From: an uncultured delta proteobacterium
GTDB taxonomy: Bacteria; Myxococcota_A; Polyangia; Haliangiales; Haliangiaceae
Length of the DNA stretch: 64,000 nt
Assembly: GCA_963848295.1 (NCBI GenBank)
Contig: CAWKDB010000011.1
Coordinates: 400,963-464,962 of the forward strand
Direction: 5' to 3'
Each line of letters starts with the position of its first letter. Position 1 is the first letter of the stretch. The translations under genes were made by a program, and so were the position numbers. Positions 41,406 through 51,519 of this stretch are shown one piece after another. The notes under the pieces are model-generated. The model did no database searches, was not told the DNA's origin, and was given only the letters and a program-made list of their open reading frames with translations.

Positions 41406-41437
41406 TACCCATCGGCCACTCACTTCGGAGGATCATC

Positions 41438-41761
41438 ATGTCGTTCTACGCCCTCGACTTCGCCCTCGCCGTCCTGCAGCAGCTCGCCCCGATCGAGGCC
41501 AAGGTCCGCCGCACGCGCAAGTCACTCGCCGACGAGATCGTCCGCGCCGGCGAGAGCATCGCCCTCAACGTCAGCGAAGGCCGCATGCGCGTCGGGCTCG
41601 ATCGCCCGGACTTCTTCCGGCGAGCAGCCGGCAGCGCCAGCGAGCTCACCACCGCCCTACTGATCGCGCGCGCGCGAGGCATCATCACCACCGAGGACTT
41701 CGCGGCGGTCGACGAGCCGCTCGACCGCGTCCGCGCGATCCTGTGGCGGCTCACGCACTGA
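41438..41761 (+). CDS. Four-helix-bundle protein (23S rRNA IVS protein / Avd family), copy 2
   Basis: About 60-65% identical to copy 1 by eye. Has [41 protein letters not shown]. Confidence 0.8.
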   Translation: MSFYALDFALAVLQQLAPIEAKVRRTRKSLADEIVRAGESIALNVSEGRMRVGLDRPDFFRRAAGSASELTTALLIARARGIITTEDFAAVDEPLDRVRAILWRLTH

Positions 41762-41825
41762 GCGCTTGCGCCGGCCGCCGCGCCGGCGAAACCGATTTCG
41801 GCACCCTTCGCCGGGCCCAACGAAC

Positions 41826-42300
41826 GGATACGGATCCGGCAGCGGATCCGGCAGCGGATCCGGCAGCGGATCCGGCAGCGGATCCGGCAGCGGATCCGGC
41901 AGCGGATCCGGCAGCGGATCCGGCAGCGGATCCGGCAGCGGATCCGGCAGCGGATCCGGCAGCGGATCCGGCAGCGGATCCGGCAGCGGATCCGGCAGCG
42001 GATCCGGCAGCGGATCCGGCAGCGGATCCGGCAGCGGATCCGGCAGCGGATCCGGCGGCGGCGGCGGATACGGCAGCGGATACGGCAGCGGATACGGCGG
42101 CGGCAGCGGATACGGCGGCGGCAGCGGATACGGCAGCGGATACGGCAGCGGATACGGCGGCGGCAGCGGATACGGCGGCGGCAGCGGATACGGCAGCGGA
42201 TCCGGCACCCGCGGCGGCAGCGGATACGGCACCCGCGGCGGCAGCGGATACGGCAGCGGATACCGGCGGCGGCGGCGGATACGGCACCCGCGACGGCAGC
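41826..42300. repeat. Dodecamer microsatellite: (GGATCCGGCAGC)18 perfect, then higher-order GGATACGGCAGC / GGATACGGCGGCGGCAGC units
   Basis: Read directly. 18 identical copies span 41832-42047 (each with a GGATCC site), followed by a 60-nt super-repeat to about 42185 and degenerate units to about 42300. Confidence 0.95.
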
Positions 42301-42316
42301 GGACACGGCGGGGCGG

Positions 42317-43798
42317 CTACAGCGGAATGTGCTGATGCCACGTCGCGGCTGGGCCCGGACCGAACCGAACATCACGCAGCACGTCGACGACGCAGCTCTG
42401 CGTCACGCCGCCGAAGTCGCTGTTCTGCGGGTTGAGGTAGCTGACCGCGCCTTGCGCGTCGACCGCGAGCTCGATGTCGATCGCCAGGTCGGAGATGCCT
42501 TGCTTGGCGAGGGCGCGCGTGCACACGTCGAGACGCGCTCGCACCTTCGCGATCCCTCGCTCGAGCTCGCGACTGCGTGTCGACACGCCTCCGGTCGGTG
42601 GCGGTGCAGTCGCCGCTGGGACCTCGAACCGCGAGCCCTCGCCGCTGCCCGAGCCGACGTCGACCCAGCCGACGCGATGGAACCGCCCGCCGCGATCCGC
42701 GGCCTCGATCGTGTGACGACCGGGCATGACCCGGATGCGCAGCGGCGCCGCACCGAGCTCGACGCCATCGACCCGGACGTCGCGCCGCGCGACGGTCGCG
42801 ATATCGAGCGCGGCGGTCTGATGCGCGAGCTGCGGGACGCCGGCCCAGATCGGCGTGGTCACCGGCGTCGCCTGCGCGAGGTCCGCGAGTTGCGCAGGCG
42901 CGAGCGCGATCGCCCGATCGCCGTCGAGCGCTTGGCCGGCGCCGACCGCCACCGGCGCATGACCCGGCGCACTCGAGCGAACCTGCACGAGCCCGTGGCG
43001 ACACTCGACGTCGGTGGCATCGTGCTCGCGATCATGCACGACGCGGAACTGGGTGCCGCGGACCTCGACCGTGCGATCGCCGGCGACGACCGTGAACGTC
43101 TGGCCGGCCGCGCGCGGCGCCACGACGACATCGACCGTACCTTCGACCGCGAGCTCGATCGCCTGCGCATCGAACCGGCGTAGCTCGAGCGACGACCGAG
43201 GTCCGAGCGACAGCGCGCTCGCATCGCCGAACTGAATGTCGATCCGGCCATCACCGGTCGCGAGCAACGTGCCCGTGCCGATCGCGCGACCGAACAGCGC
43301 GTCGAGATCGGCGACGCGAATGCCGTCGAGCATGACGTCGCCGGCGACCCGGCTGACCGCGCCGATCACGGGCGTCGGCGGGGCCACGAGGGGGCGAGCA
43401 AGCGGTCGCGTCGGTGGTGCCGGCGGTGCGCTCGCGACCTCGGGCGAGGCTGCGCCTCTCATCATCGGTACGATCGCGAAGCCAGCGGCGACGAGCCCGG
43501 CGGCGCCGAGTGCGGCGAACCACACGCGGCGCGGAATCCGCGGGCCGAGCGTGACCTTGCTGCGCCGCTCGGTCGATACCGACCAGTGGATGCGCGCGCG
43601 CACTTCGTCCCACGAGATCTCGGGAGGTGCGCTCGAGCGCAGCGCCGGGAACGCGTCGCTCGCGCGGGCGATGCGGGTTCGCGCGGTCGCGCAGCGAGCA
43701 CAGTCTTTCGCGTGCGAGTCCATCGCGGCGCGTTCGGATGCATCGAGCTTGCCGGCGAGCGCGTCGGCCCAGCGGTGAGGCGCTACGTGCCCGATCAC
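42317..43798 (-). CDS. Membrane anti-sigma factor (zf-HC2 N-terminus, large extracytoplasmic region)
   Basis: H-x3-C-x2-C (HAKDCARC), TM VWFAALGAAGLVAAGFAIV, and a FecR-like segment. The start overlaps the sigma gene stop (ATGA). Confidence 0.7.
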   Translation of the reverse strand: MIGHVAPHRWADALAGKLDASERAAMDSHAKDCARCATARTRIARASDAFPALRSSAPPEISWDEVRARIHWSVSTERRSKVTLGPRIPRRVWFAALGAAGLVAAGFAIVPMMRGAASPEVASAPPAPPTRPLARPLVAPPTPVIGAVSRVAGDVMLDGIRVADLDALFGRAIGTGTLLATGDGRIDIQFGDASALSLGPRSSLELRRFDAQAIELAVEGTVDVVVAPRAAGQTFTVVAGDRTVEVRGTQFRVVHDREHDATDVECRHGLVQVRSSAPGHAPVAVGAGQALDGDRAIALAPAQLADLAQATPVTTPIWAGVPQLAHQTAALDIATVARRDVRVDGVELGAAPLRIRVMPGRHTIEAADRGGRFHRVGWVDVGSGSGEGSRFEVPAATAPPPTGGVSTRSRELERGIAKVRARLDVCTRALAKQGISDLAIDIELAVDAQGAVSYLNPQNSDFGGVTQSCVVDVLRDVRFGPGPAATWHQHIPL

Positions 43799-44448
43799 GC
43801 GACGTCCTCCGGGTCGAGCTCGGGATCCTTGCCCACGATCACCCGATAGAACTCGCGGCGCGCGTAGAACAGCCGCGTCCGGACGGTGACCGGGTTCGAC
43901 TCGACGAGATATGCGATCTCCTTGAGGTCGAGGCCTTCGATCTCATGGAGGTACAACACGATGCGCTTCTTCGGCGCCATCGACTCGAGCGCGCGATACA
44001 CCGACTCGCGATCTTGCCGGCGCTCGAGGCTGCGCTCCGGCGTCTCGGGCCGCTCGGTCAAGCTCGGATCGGTCGGTGCGAGATCGAGGTCGGCCATTCC
44101 GATCGCAGCTGGCCGGCGCTTGCGCGTGCGGATCCGGCCAAGCGCGACGTTGACGCAGATCCGGTAGAGCCAGGTCGACAGCCGCGCGTCGCCGCGAAAC
44201 CGTTCGAGCCCGCGAAACGCGATGACGAACACCTCTTGGACCAGATCCTCGAGATCGGTGCGGTCGCCGAGCACGCGATAGAGGTTGCCGGCGACCTGGC
44301 GACGGAACCGGTTGTACAGCTCCTCGTGTGCGGTCCGCTCGTGCGCTCGGCACCGCTCGATCAGCTCGGCCTCGACGGTCGGGCTGAGCGCCGCGATCGA
44401 TCCGGTCGATCCGGTGCCGGAATCGCGCTTGGTCACTCGAGGCAGCAT
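43795..44448 (-). CDS. ECF-type RNA polymerase sigma factor
   Basis: Region 2 DLEDLVQEVFVIAFRGLERFRGDARLSTWLYRICVNV and region 4 LHEIEGLDLKEIAYLVESNPVTVRTRL. Confidence 0.85.
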   Translation of the reverse strand: MLPRVTKRDSGTGSTGSIAALSPTVEAELIERCRAHERTAHEELYNRFRRQVAGNLYRVLGDRTDLEDLVQEVFVIAFRGLERFRGDARLSTWLYRICVNVALGRIRTRKRRPAAIGMADLDLAPTDPSLTERPETPERSLERRQDRESVYRALESMAPKKRIVLYLHEIEGLDLKEIAYLVESNPVTVRTRLFYARREFYRVIVGKDPELDPEDVA

Positions 44449-44463
44449 AACTGGGACGAATGT

Positions 44464-44493
44464 TTAGTGACCTAGGAGACTGCGAGCGTTCAG
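44464..44493 (-). promoter_or_regulatory. Possible ECF-type promoter (TGAACGC-N15-TCACT) upstream of the sigma gene
   Basis: The reverse complement reads CTGAACGCTCGCAGTCTCCTAGGTCACTAA. It resembles the GGAAC-N16-TC type only loosely. Confidence 0.3.
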
Positions 44494-44526
44494 GCACAGT
44501 GGGCGGCGGTTTGGTGAGGCGCGATA

Positions 44527-44701
44527 CAATTGAATTGATCAACAGGCAACAGGCAACAGGCAATGCCGGATCGTTCGCACGCGGTTCGGATCCAGATTCC
44601 TGCCTCCGCGCCGGGCCCTGCCACCGGGGGCGCGACTCCCTATTGCGCTCAAACCTCCGAACATCGCCTGTTGCCTGTCGCCTGTTGATCAATTGATCAA
44701 T
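44527..44701. repeat. 175-bp element with ~39-bp imperfect inverted arms, each carrying (AACAGGC)x3 heptamers and TTGATCAA palindromes
   Basis: Left arm CAATTGAATTGATCAACAGGCAACAGGCAACAGGCAATG. Right arm CATCGCCTGTTGCCTGTCGCCTGTTGATCAATTGATCAATT. 96-nt core. Confidence 0.85.
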
Positions 44702-44706
44702 TTCCG

Positions 44707-44729
44707 CTCGGCGGCGCGTTACCGCCGAG
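44707..44729 (-). terminator. Hairpin CTCGGCGG-N7-CCGCCGAG overlapping the stop codon of the gene at 44719
   Basis: Read directly. On the minus strand it is followed by the A/T-rich run GGAAATTGATCAATTG. Confidence 0.45.
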
Positions 44730-45864
44730 TCGGCAAGACCACGAACTCGAGGTCCTTGTCGAGAACGCACCGCATCGCGTCGTCCTCTCCGACCTTCTCG
44801 AACACACAAGGCGCCTCGTCCTTCGCGGTCGCCTTCGCGCCGCGGGTCGGCAACGTCAAGATGATCTCGTCGCCGTCCACTCGCCACGTGCCCTTGAACG
44901 GCAGGTCCGACGCCTGGCCCTCGCAGCTCATCTTGACGTGCAGCTTGAACGCGCGATCGCGACTCAGCACGAGCCTGACCTCGGCGCGATCGCAGCTCGT
45001 GCCGGTCTGCTCCCATTGCCCACCGAAGCCCATCACGCGTTCGTAGGTCGATCGCGGCTTGCGATCGAGACCGACCGCGGCCCGAAACTTCGGATCGGCG
45101 CGCAGCGCGGCGAACGCGGCATCGAACCGCGCTTCGACGAGCCAATCGATCGCATCGCTGCGGTTCGTGCCGGACAGCCGCTCGAGCTCGGCGAGCGCGT
45201 CGCGCGGCTGCCTCGGCGCGACCATCGCGGCGACGTGAAACAGCGCCTCGCTGTGATCGCTGTCGAGCGCGAGCACCGCTCGCCACGCGGAGAGCTGGTG
45301 CGCCCGCGCAGCTGCTCGAGCGTCCGCGACCTTCTTGGCGACCTCGGGCGAATCCGTGTGATCACTCGTCGGCGTGGTCGCGGGGGTCTGGATCGGCGCG
45401 GTGACGGCCGGCTTCGCGGTCGCGACGTCGAACGCGACCACCTCGGTGAGCTCGCGCCCCAACCGCCGCACGGTGTACGCGACCGCGACGCGATCGGCGT
45501 ACTGGCTGGCGTAGACGTCGACGACCTTGCCGATCGGATCGACGGCCTTCCACGTCGCGACCGGAGCGCCGCTGTCGCCGGTGACGGTCAAGGTCGCCTC
45601 GCTCGCGGTTGCCGCGAACTGCGCCTTGTCGCCGCGCTGGACGATCGGCGCCTTGAAGTCGAGCTTCGCGAGCTCGTCGGTCGGGGCCTTGCGGCAGGTC
45701 GGCGCGCCGGTCGCCGTACCGTCGGGCTTGACCGCGAGCGGCGTGCACACCCGATCCTGGTTGACCAGGTAGGCTCGGTCGATTCCGGAGAATCCGCCGA
45801 ACGTGTCGGCGAGCGCCGGCGGGGCGGCCAGGCCGACGAGCGCGAGCACCAGCGCGATCCGCAT
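44719..45864 (-). CDS. Hypothetical secreted protein
   Basis: Start trimmed to ATG 45864, giving signal peptide MRIALVLALVGLAAPPALA. No family recognised. Confidence 0.5.
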   Translation of the reverse strand: MRIALVLALVGLAAPPALADTFGGFSGIDRAYLVNQDRVCTPLAVKPDGTATGAPTCRKAPTDELAKLDFKAPIVQRGDKAQFAATASEATLTVTGDSGAPVATWKAVDPIGKVVDVYASQYADRVAVAYTVRRLGRELTEVVAFDVATAKPAVTAPIQTPATTPTSDHTDSPEVAKKVADARAAARAHQLSAWRAVLALDSDHSEALFHVAAMVAPRQPRDALAELERLSGTNRSDAIDWLVEARFDAAFAALRADPKFRAAVGLDRKPRSTYERVMGFGGQWEQTGTSCDRAEVRLVLSRDRAFKLHVKMSCEGQASDLPFKGTWRVDGDEIILTLPTRGAKATAKDEAPCVFEKVGEDDAMRCVLDKDLEFVVLPTRR

Positions 45865-45925
45865 CCTCAGGTGATAGCTCAGCGGCGCGCGCGCTGCACG
45901 GCTCATCGCCCCGCCGGCGTCCAAG

Positions 45926-47042
45926 ATGCGCTACCTTGTGCTCGTGCGGTCCGTCCTCACCCGAGCCAGTGCTGCGCTCGACCGCGGCGTGGTCCGGTTC
46001 ATCGAGCGCCGGATGGCGCCGCGCACGCCCGCCAGCCAGCGGCTGACCGAGGCCGACTCGCGCGGCAAGCTGATCGAGCTGGCCGCGGCGTACAACCACG
46101 ACACCCGCGAGCTACCGAGCCGGTTCTTCCCGACCCCGGCCCTGCCGCAACCGGTGCTCGATCCGCAAGGCGACGGCCCGCTCGGCACGCAGGTCGTCGA
46201 CCTCAGCTTTCGCTCCGACTACGTGCCGTTCTTGCCGCTCGCGCGCGACGCGTACTCCGCGGTCGCCGAAAATCAGAACGCGCATATCCGATGGTGGACC
46301 AGTGATCGCGGCCGCCCGACGATCGTGATGTTGCACGGCTGGGGCGGTGGCAACCATCGCGTGACCGCCGCGAGCTTCGTCGTGCCGTACTGGCTGCGCC
46401 ACGGGTTCGACGTCGCCGCGTTCCAGCTGCCGTTTCACGGCGCGCGCGCGCCGTCGGGCTCCGCGCCGCTGTCGCCGCTGTGGCCGAGCCCGAATCCACT
46501 GCGCACGAACGAAGGCTTCGGTCACGCGATCTATGACCTGCGCGCGCTCGCGCTGTGGCTGCGGTCGCGCGGCACGTCCGCGGTCGGCGTGATGGGCATG
46601 AGCCTCGGCGGTTACACGACCGCGCTGTGGGCGAGCGTCGCGGGCCCGAGCGATCCGGGCGGGGTCGACTTCGCGGTCGCGATGATCCCGGCGGTGTCGA
46701 TGGCGCGCCTGTTCTGGCGTCACGGCGAGAGCAACCCGATGCGCCGGCGCGCGCTCAAGGCCGGGATCACCGAGGAGCTGCTCGCCGATGCGTTCGCGGT
46801 CCACTCGCCGCTCGCCGCGCCCGCCGCGGATCGATCGCGACCGCCGGTTCGTCGTCGCCGGCCGAGGCGATCGGATCACGCCGCCCGATCAAGCCGAGGA
46901 GCTCGCGGCGCACTGGCAGACCGAGATCGAATGGTTCGACGGCGGTCACCTCGCGCAGGTCGGCCGCGGCGATGCGCTGCGCGCGATCCGGCGCAAGCTC
47001 GCGACGCTCGATCTCCCGGGCCGCGCATTTCGTCCGTCATGA
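45926..47042 (+). pseudogene. Alpha/beta hydrolase interrupted by a frameshift near 46814-46820
   Basis: Nucleophile elbow GMSLGG lies in frame 2. The expected C-terminus RFVVAGRGDRITPPDQAEEL..WFDGGHL continues in frame 0 (ORF 46788-47042), and its TGA overlaps the next ATG. Confidence 0.6.
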
Positions 47043-48953
47043 CGCTCCGGCCACTCGCCGACGCGATCGCCGCCGGGCCGCTCCTGATCGACGGAGCGAT
47101 GGGCTCGCTGTTGTACGAGCGCGGCGTGCTCCACACCCGGAGCTACGACGAGCTCAACCTCGCCCAGCCCGAGCTGATCCGCACCGTGCACCGCGACTAC
47201 GTTCAGGCCGGCGCGGAGATCATCGAGACCAATACGTTCGGCGCGAATCGGCTCGCGCTCGCCCGCCACGGCCTGGTCGAGCAGGCCGCGCAGATCAATC
47301 GCGCCGCGGTCGAGCTCGCGCGCTCGGCGGCCGGCGAACGCGCGTACGTCGCCGGCGCGGTCGGCCCGAGCGGCATCAAGTTCCACATCGCGACCGCGTC
47401 CGAACGCAAGCTCGCGCGGTTCGCGCTCGCCGAGCAGATCGATACGCTCGTGCTCGCCGGCGTCGACGCGATCTTCCTCGAGACGTTCACCTCGATCCTC
47501 GAGATGGAGGTCGCGATCGACGTCGCGAAAGAGCGCGGCCCGAGGGTGCCGGTCGTCGCGATGATGGTGTTCGACGCGCAAGCGCGCAGCGACGGTGGCC
47601 TGGGCCCCGCCGAGATCGCGGATCGCCTGATCGCGGCGGGCGCCGACGTCGTCGGCGGCAACTGCGGCATCGGCCCGGCCGAGCTCTATCAGGTCACGAC
47701 CTCGATGGTCGGACGCGGCCGGCCCGTGATCGCGCAGCCGAACGCAGGGCTGCCCGCGTCGGTCGAGGGCCGCACGCTGTACGTCGCGAACCCCGAGCAC
47801 TTCGGCGTGTTCGCGCGCCGGATGTTGAAGAGCGGCGTCCGGCTCGTCGGCGGTTGCTGCGGGACGACTCCCGAGCACACGCGCGCGATGCTCGGCGCGG
47901 TCCGCATGCTGCGCGGCGAAAAGATCGAAGAGCGCACGCGCCCGGCGAGCATTTCGATCACGACCGCGCCCGTTGCGGCGCCGATCGCCAAGACCGCCGC
48001 TCGCGTCGCGCAGTCGGCTCGGCGCGCGGATCGCGAGCGGCGAGTTCGCGGTGTCGGTCGAGCTCACCGCGCCGACCGGCCTCGACCTCGACAAGACCAA
48101 GCAGCAGGTCGAGCTGCTGCTCGCCGGCGGCATCGATATCGTCAACATCGCCGACGGCCCGCGCGCGTCGGCGCGGATGGCGAACATCGCCGTGTGCGCG
48201 CGGCTCGCCGCCGAGACCAAGGTCGAGCCGATCCTCCACGTGTGCGCGCGCGACCGCAGCTTCCTGGGGCTGGTCGCGCACCTGCTCGGCGCGCAGCGCG
48301 CTCGGCCTCCGCGACCTCGTGATCATCACCGGCGATCCGCCGAAGATGGGCGACTATCCGTTCTCGACGCCGGTCTACGACGTCGATTCGGTGGGCCTAC
48401 TGCGCATCGCCGCGGGGCTCAACGCCGGCGTCGATCCGGCCGGCAAGGAATGCGAGCCGACGTCGTTCGTGCTCGCGACTGGCGCCGAGCCCGCCGCGCA
48501 CGATCGCGAGCGCGAGCTGCGCCGGCTCGAGGACAAGAAGGCCGCGGGCGCCGAGCTCGTGATGACCCAGCCGGTCTACGATCCCGCGCACGCTCGAGCG
48601 ATTCCTCGACGACTGCAAGTCGATCGGCCTGCCGATCATGGTCGGCATCCTGCCGCTCGCGTCGCACCGCAACGCCGAGTTCTTGAACTCCGAGGTGCCC
48701 GGCATGACCATCCCCGGGGAGTATCGCGAGCGGATGGCGAAGGTCGGCTCCGGGCCGGCCGCGCGCGCCGAGGGCATCGCGATCGCCCGCGAGGCGCTCG
48801 CGCTCGGTGAAGGATCGCGTCGCGGGCGCGTACGTGATGCCGCCGTTCAATCGCGTCGACGCCGCGCTCGCCGTGCTCGAGGTCGCGCGCGATCGAATGA
48901 CTACGACCGATGCGCCGCGGACCACACCCGCTCGCACGGTAGATCGCGCCTGA
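47039..48953 (+). pseudogene. Bifunctional homocysteine S-methyltransferase / methylenetetrahydrofolate reductase (YitJ-like), broken by four frameshifts
   Basis: The HMT domain (frame 2) ends GGCCGTTPEH. MTHFR blocks then follow in frame 0 (FAVSVELTAP..HVCARDRS..LLGAQ), frame 1 (LGLRDLVIITGDPP..VMTQPVYDP), frame 2 (LERFLDDC..ILPLASHRNAEFLNSEVPGM) and frame 0 (VKDRVAGAYVMPPF). Confidence 0.65.
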
Positions 48954-49275
48954 CCTCGACCGGCGGCTCGATGATCGCCGGCCACGGCTCGATCACGTGC
49001 TGCTCGGTCACGTACAACGCGTTGAGCGAGTGAAACCAGTAGTCCTCGCGACAGGTCGGCTTCCCGGCCGGCGCCTCGTCGGTATTGCAGGCGTAGAGCG
49101 TGCGGTCGTCGATGGTGTAGCAGCCCTGGCCGAGGTAATCGACGCGCTCGAGCTTGACCGCGGGATGGCTCGCGCGAAACTCGGCGACGACCTGGTCCTG
49201 TGCGTCTCCGAGCGAGCCGCGAACACCGGGCCACGCGCATCCGGCGACGACCACTGCGACCCACACGCGCTGCAT
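48901..49275 (-). CDS. Small lipoprotein
   Basis: Start trimmed to ATG 49275 (MQRVWVAVVVAGCA). Confidence 0.45.
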   Translation of the reverse strand: MQRVWVAVVVAGCAWPGVRGSLGDAQDQVVAEFRASHPAVKLERVDYLGQGCYTIDDRTLYACNTDEAPAGKPTCREDYWFHSLNALYVTEQHVIEPWPAIIEPPVEVRRDLPCERVWSAAHRS

Positions 49276-49399
49276 CGCCGCAGCATCGCGCGAACCGGGC
49301 TTCACCACCGCTAACACACGTTTGCAGCCGTGCGAGTCCGTGCGTCGGTGCGACGTCCATTCCTGCGCGGCCGGCGCTCGCCAGTGCTAGGGTCCCGCC

Positions 49400-50422
49400 A
49401 TGTCCCTGACGCTCGACGAAGCGCGCGCGCTGCACGACGAGATCTGCGTGCTGGATCTGCACGCGGACACCGCGAAGCTGATGGACAAGCTCGGCTACGA
49501 CGTCACCGCTCGCCACGAGCGGCCGATGCCGAAGGTCGCGAACGTGTTCGGCCACCTCGATCTGCCGCGGATGCGCGACGGCGGCATGGCCGGCCAGTTC
49601 TTCAGCTTCTGGACGTCGCCGTATCCCGAGCGCGGCTGCACCCGCTCGGTCGAGCGCCAGCTCGACGCGCTCGACCACGCGATGGACAAGCATCCCGGCG
49701 AGCTCGCATGGACGCGCACCGGCGCCGATGTGCTGACCGCGAAGACCCGCGGTCAGGTCGCCGCGCTCGGTGGCATCGAGGGGGGGCAAGCGCTCGAGGG
49801 CAAGCTCGACGTGATCGAGCCGTTCTCGCGCCGCGGCGTCCGCTACCTCGGCCTACTCCACTTCTCGGCGAACGCGCTCGGCAAGCCCGCGAAGGGCCGC
49901 GGCGCCGATCCGCTGGGCGGGCTCACCGCATTCGGTCGCGACGTCGTCCGCGAATGCGAGCGCTGCGGGGTGATCGTCGACCTCGCGCACATCAACCGCA
50001 AGGGCTTCTTCGACGTGCTCGAGGTCGCGACGCTACCGGTGATGGTCTCCCACACCGGCGTGCTCGGCGTGCACGATCATTGGCGCAACATCGACGACGA
50101 ACAGATCCGCAAGGTCGCCGATGGCGGCGGCTGCGTCGGCGTGATCTACGCGCGGCGCTACCTCGGCGGCGCGTCGATCGAGTCGGTCGTCGATCACATC
50201 GCGCACATCATCGACGTCGCGGGCGAGGATGCCCCCGCACTCGGCAGCGACTTCGATGGGTTCGTCGTGCCCCCGGAGGGGCTCGAGGACGTCGCCGCGC
50301 TGCCAAACCTCACGGTCGCACTCAGCAAGCGCCTGCCGATCCGCGCGGTCGAGAAGGTGCTCGGTCGCAACGTCATGCGCGTGCTCGACGCGGTGCCGGC
50401 CTGGGGCAAGCTCGCGGCATGA
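49400..50422 (+). CDS. Membrane dipeptidase (peptidase M19 family)
   Basis: VLDLHADT, FFSFW and VSHTG..HWRNIDDEQI blocks. Confidence 0.8.
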   Translation: MSLTLDEARALHDEICVLDLHADTAKLMDKLGYDVTARHERPMPKVANVFGHLDLPRMRDGGMAGQFFSFWTSPYPERGCTRSVERQLDALDHAMDKHPGELAWTRTGADVLTAKTRGQVAALGGIEGGQALEGKLDVIEPFSRRGVRYLGLLHFSANALGKPAKGRGADPLGGLTAFGRDVVRECERCGVIVDLAHINRKGFFDVLEVATLPVMVSHTGVLGVHDHWRNIDDEQIRKVADGGGCVGVIYARRYLGGASIESVVDHIAHIIDVAGEDAPALGSDFDGFVVPPEGLEDVAALPNLTVALSKRLPIRAVEKVLGRNVMRVLDAVPAWGKLAA

Positions 50423-51519
50423 AGCGCGCGCGGGTTGCGCTCGTGGCGGTCGTCGCGCTCGGGGGCTGCCCGAAGCACGACCAAGCGCACACCGAGCCGA
50501 CGACGAAGCACGACGCGCTCGGCAGCGCGGGTGGACTGAACGGACCGCGCGATGCGGCGGAGCCCGAGCTGCCGCCGCTCGCCGAGGCGGTGATGCCGCG
50601 CTCCGCGCTCGGCCTGCCGCTCCAGCCGATCAACCCGCTGCTCGCGAACTACGTCGCATTCGGCGAAGTGCTGTTCGGCGATACGCTGCTGTCGAGCGAT
50701 GGCAAGACGTCATGCGCGACGTGCCACGATCCCGACCACGGGTTCGCCGGCACCGGCCGGCAGGTCACCGCGAGCGGCCAGCCGAACCTGCGCGCGGCTC
50801 AAGCGCTGGTCAACCTGTCGTATGCGATCGCGTTCGGCTGGGACGGCCGCTCGACCTCGCTCGTCGAGTTCATGCCCGCGCACTTCAAGGGCCAGCTCGG
50901 CAACGCGATGGAAGAGGTCGTGGTTCGACTGCGCGGGGTCCCGCTCTACCGCGCCCACCTCGCCCGGCTGACCGACCAGTTCACGCCGAAGCCCGGAGAA
51001 CCGGCGCTCGCGACGCCACCGCGCGTCGCACCGGACCAGCTCGCGCTCGATGCACTCGCGATGTACGCGATGTTTCTCTACAACGGCAACTCGCCGTGGG
51101 ATCTCGCCGAGCAAGCCGGCACGGTCACGCCCGAGCTGCGCGCCGGCCACGCGCTGTTCGTCGACAAGGCGCAGTGCGCGGGCTGCCATCCGCCGCCGCT
51201 CTACACCGACAATCGCTTCCATCGGCTCGGCTTGATCGCGTCGCACGACGAAGGCCGCGGTCGCGTCGATCCGGCGCAGACCGGCGCGTTCGCGACACCG
51301 ACGTTACGCGGTGCTGCGGCGCGCTCGACGTTCTTTCACGACGCGAGCGCCAGGTCGCTCGACGCCGCGATCGATTGGCACCTCGCCGGCGGCATCGGCC
51401 AGGGCGCCGATCCGAGCATCATCGATCCGGCGCTGCACGAGGTCGCGCTGACCCCGGTCGAGCGCGCACAGCTCGGCGCGTTCGTCCGAGCGCTCACCCC
51501 GGTCGGCGAGGCGCACTAG
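50419..51519 (+). CDS. Di-haem cytochrome c peroxidase (CCP/MauG family) lipoprotein
   Basis: ATG 50419 overlaps the upstream TGA. Lipobox LGGCP. Two haem motifs, CATCH and CAGCH. Confidence 0.85.
   Translation: MKRARVALVAVVALGGCPKHDQAHTEPTTKHDALGSAGGLNGPRDAAEPELPPLAEAVMPRSALGLPLQPINPLLANYVAFGEVLFGDTLLSSDGKTSCATCHDPDHGFAGTGRQVTASGQPNLRAAQALVNLSYAIAFGWDGRSTSLVEFMPAHFKGQLGNAMEEVVVRLRGVPLYRAHLARLTDQFTPKPGEPALATPPRVAPDQLALDALAMYAMFLYNGNSPWDLAEQAGTVTPELRAGHALFVDKAQCAGCHPPPLYTDNRFHRLGLIASHDEGRGRVDPAQTGAFATPTLRGAAARSTFFHDASARSLDAAIDWHLAGGIGQGADPSIIDPALHEVALTPVERAQLGAFVRALTPVGEAH

Noticed and set aside
41826-42300. A CRISPR array was considered because of the regular short direct repeats.
   Set aside because: The units are contiguous 12-mers with no spacers. 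There is no leader and no cas genes. This is a microsatellite.
41766-42335. A Gly/Ser/Tyr-rich 189-aa ORF (GSGS and GYGS repeats) runs across the dodecamer array.
   Set aside because: It has a TTG start with no ribosome-binding site or signal peptide. It loses the Gly phase near 42266 and would have to run into the anti-sigma gene on the other strand. Proteomics could reopen this.
44460-44696. A 78-aa ORF exactly spans the inverted-repeat element.
   Set aside because: Its ends are simply the two arms read in one frame. It has no ribosome-binding site and no protein-like composition.
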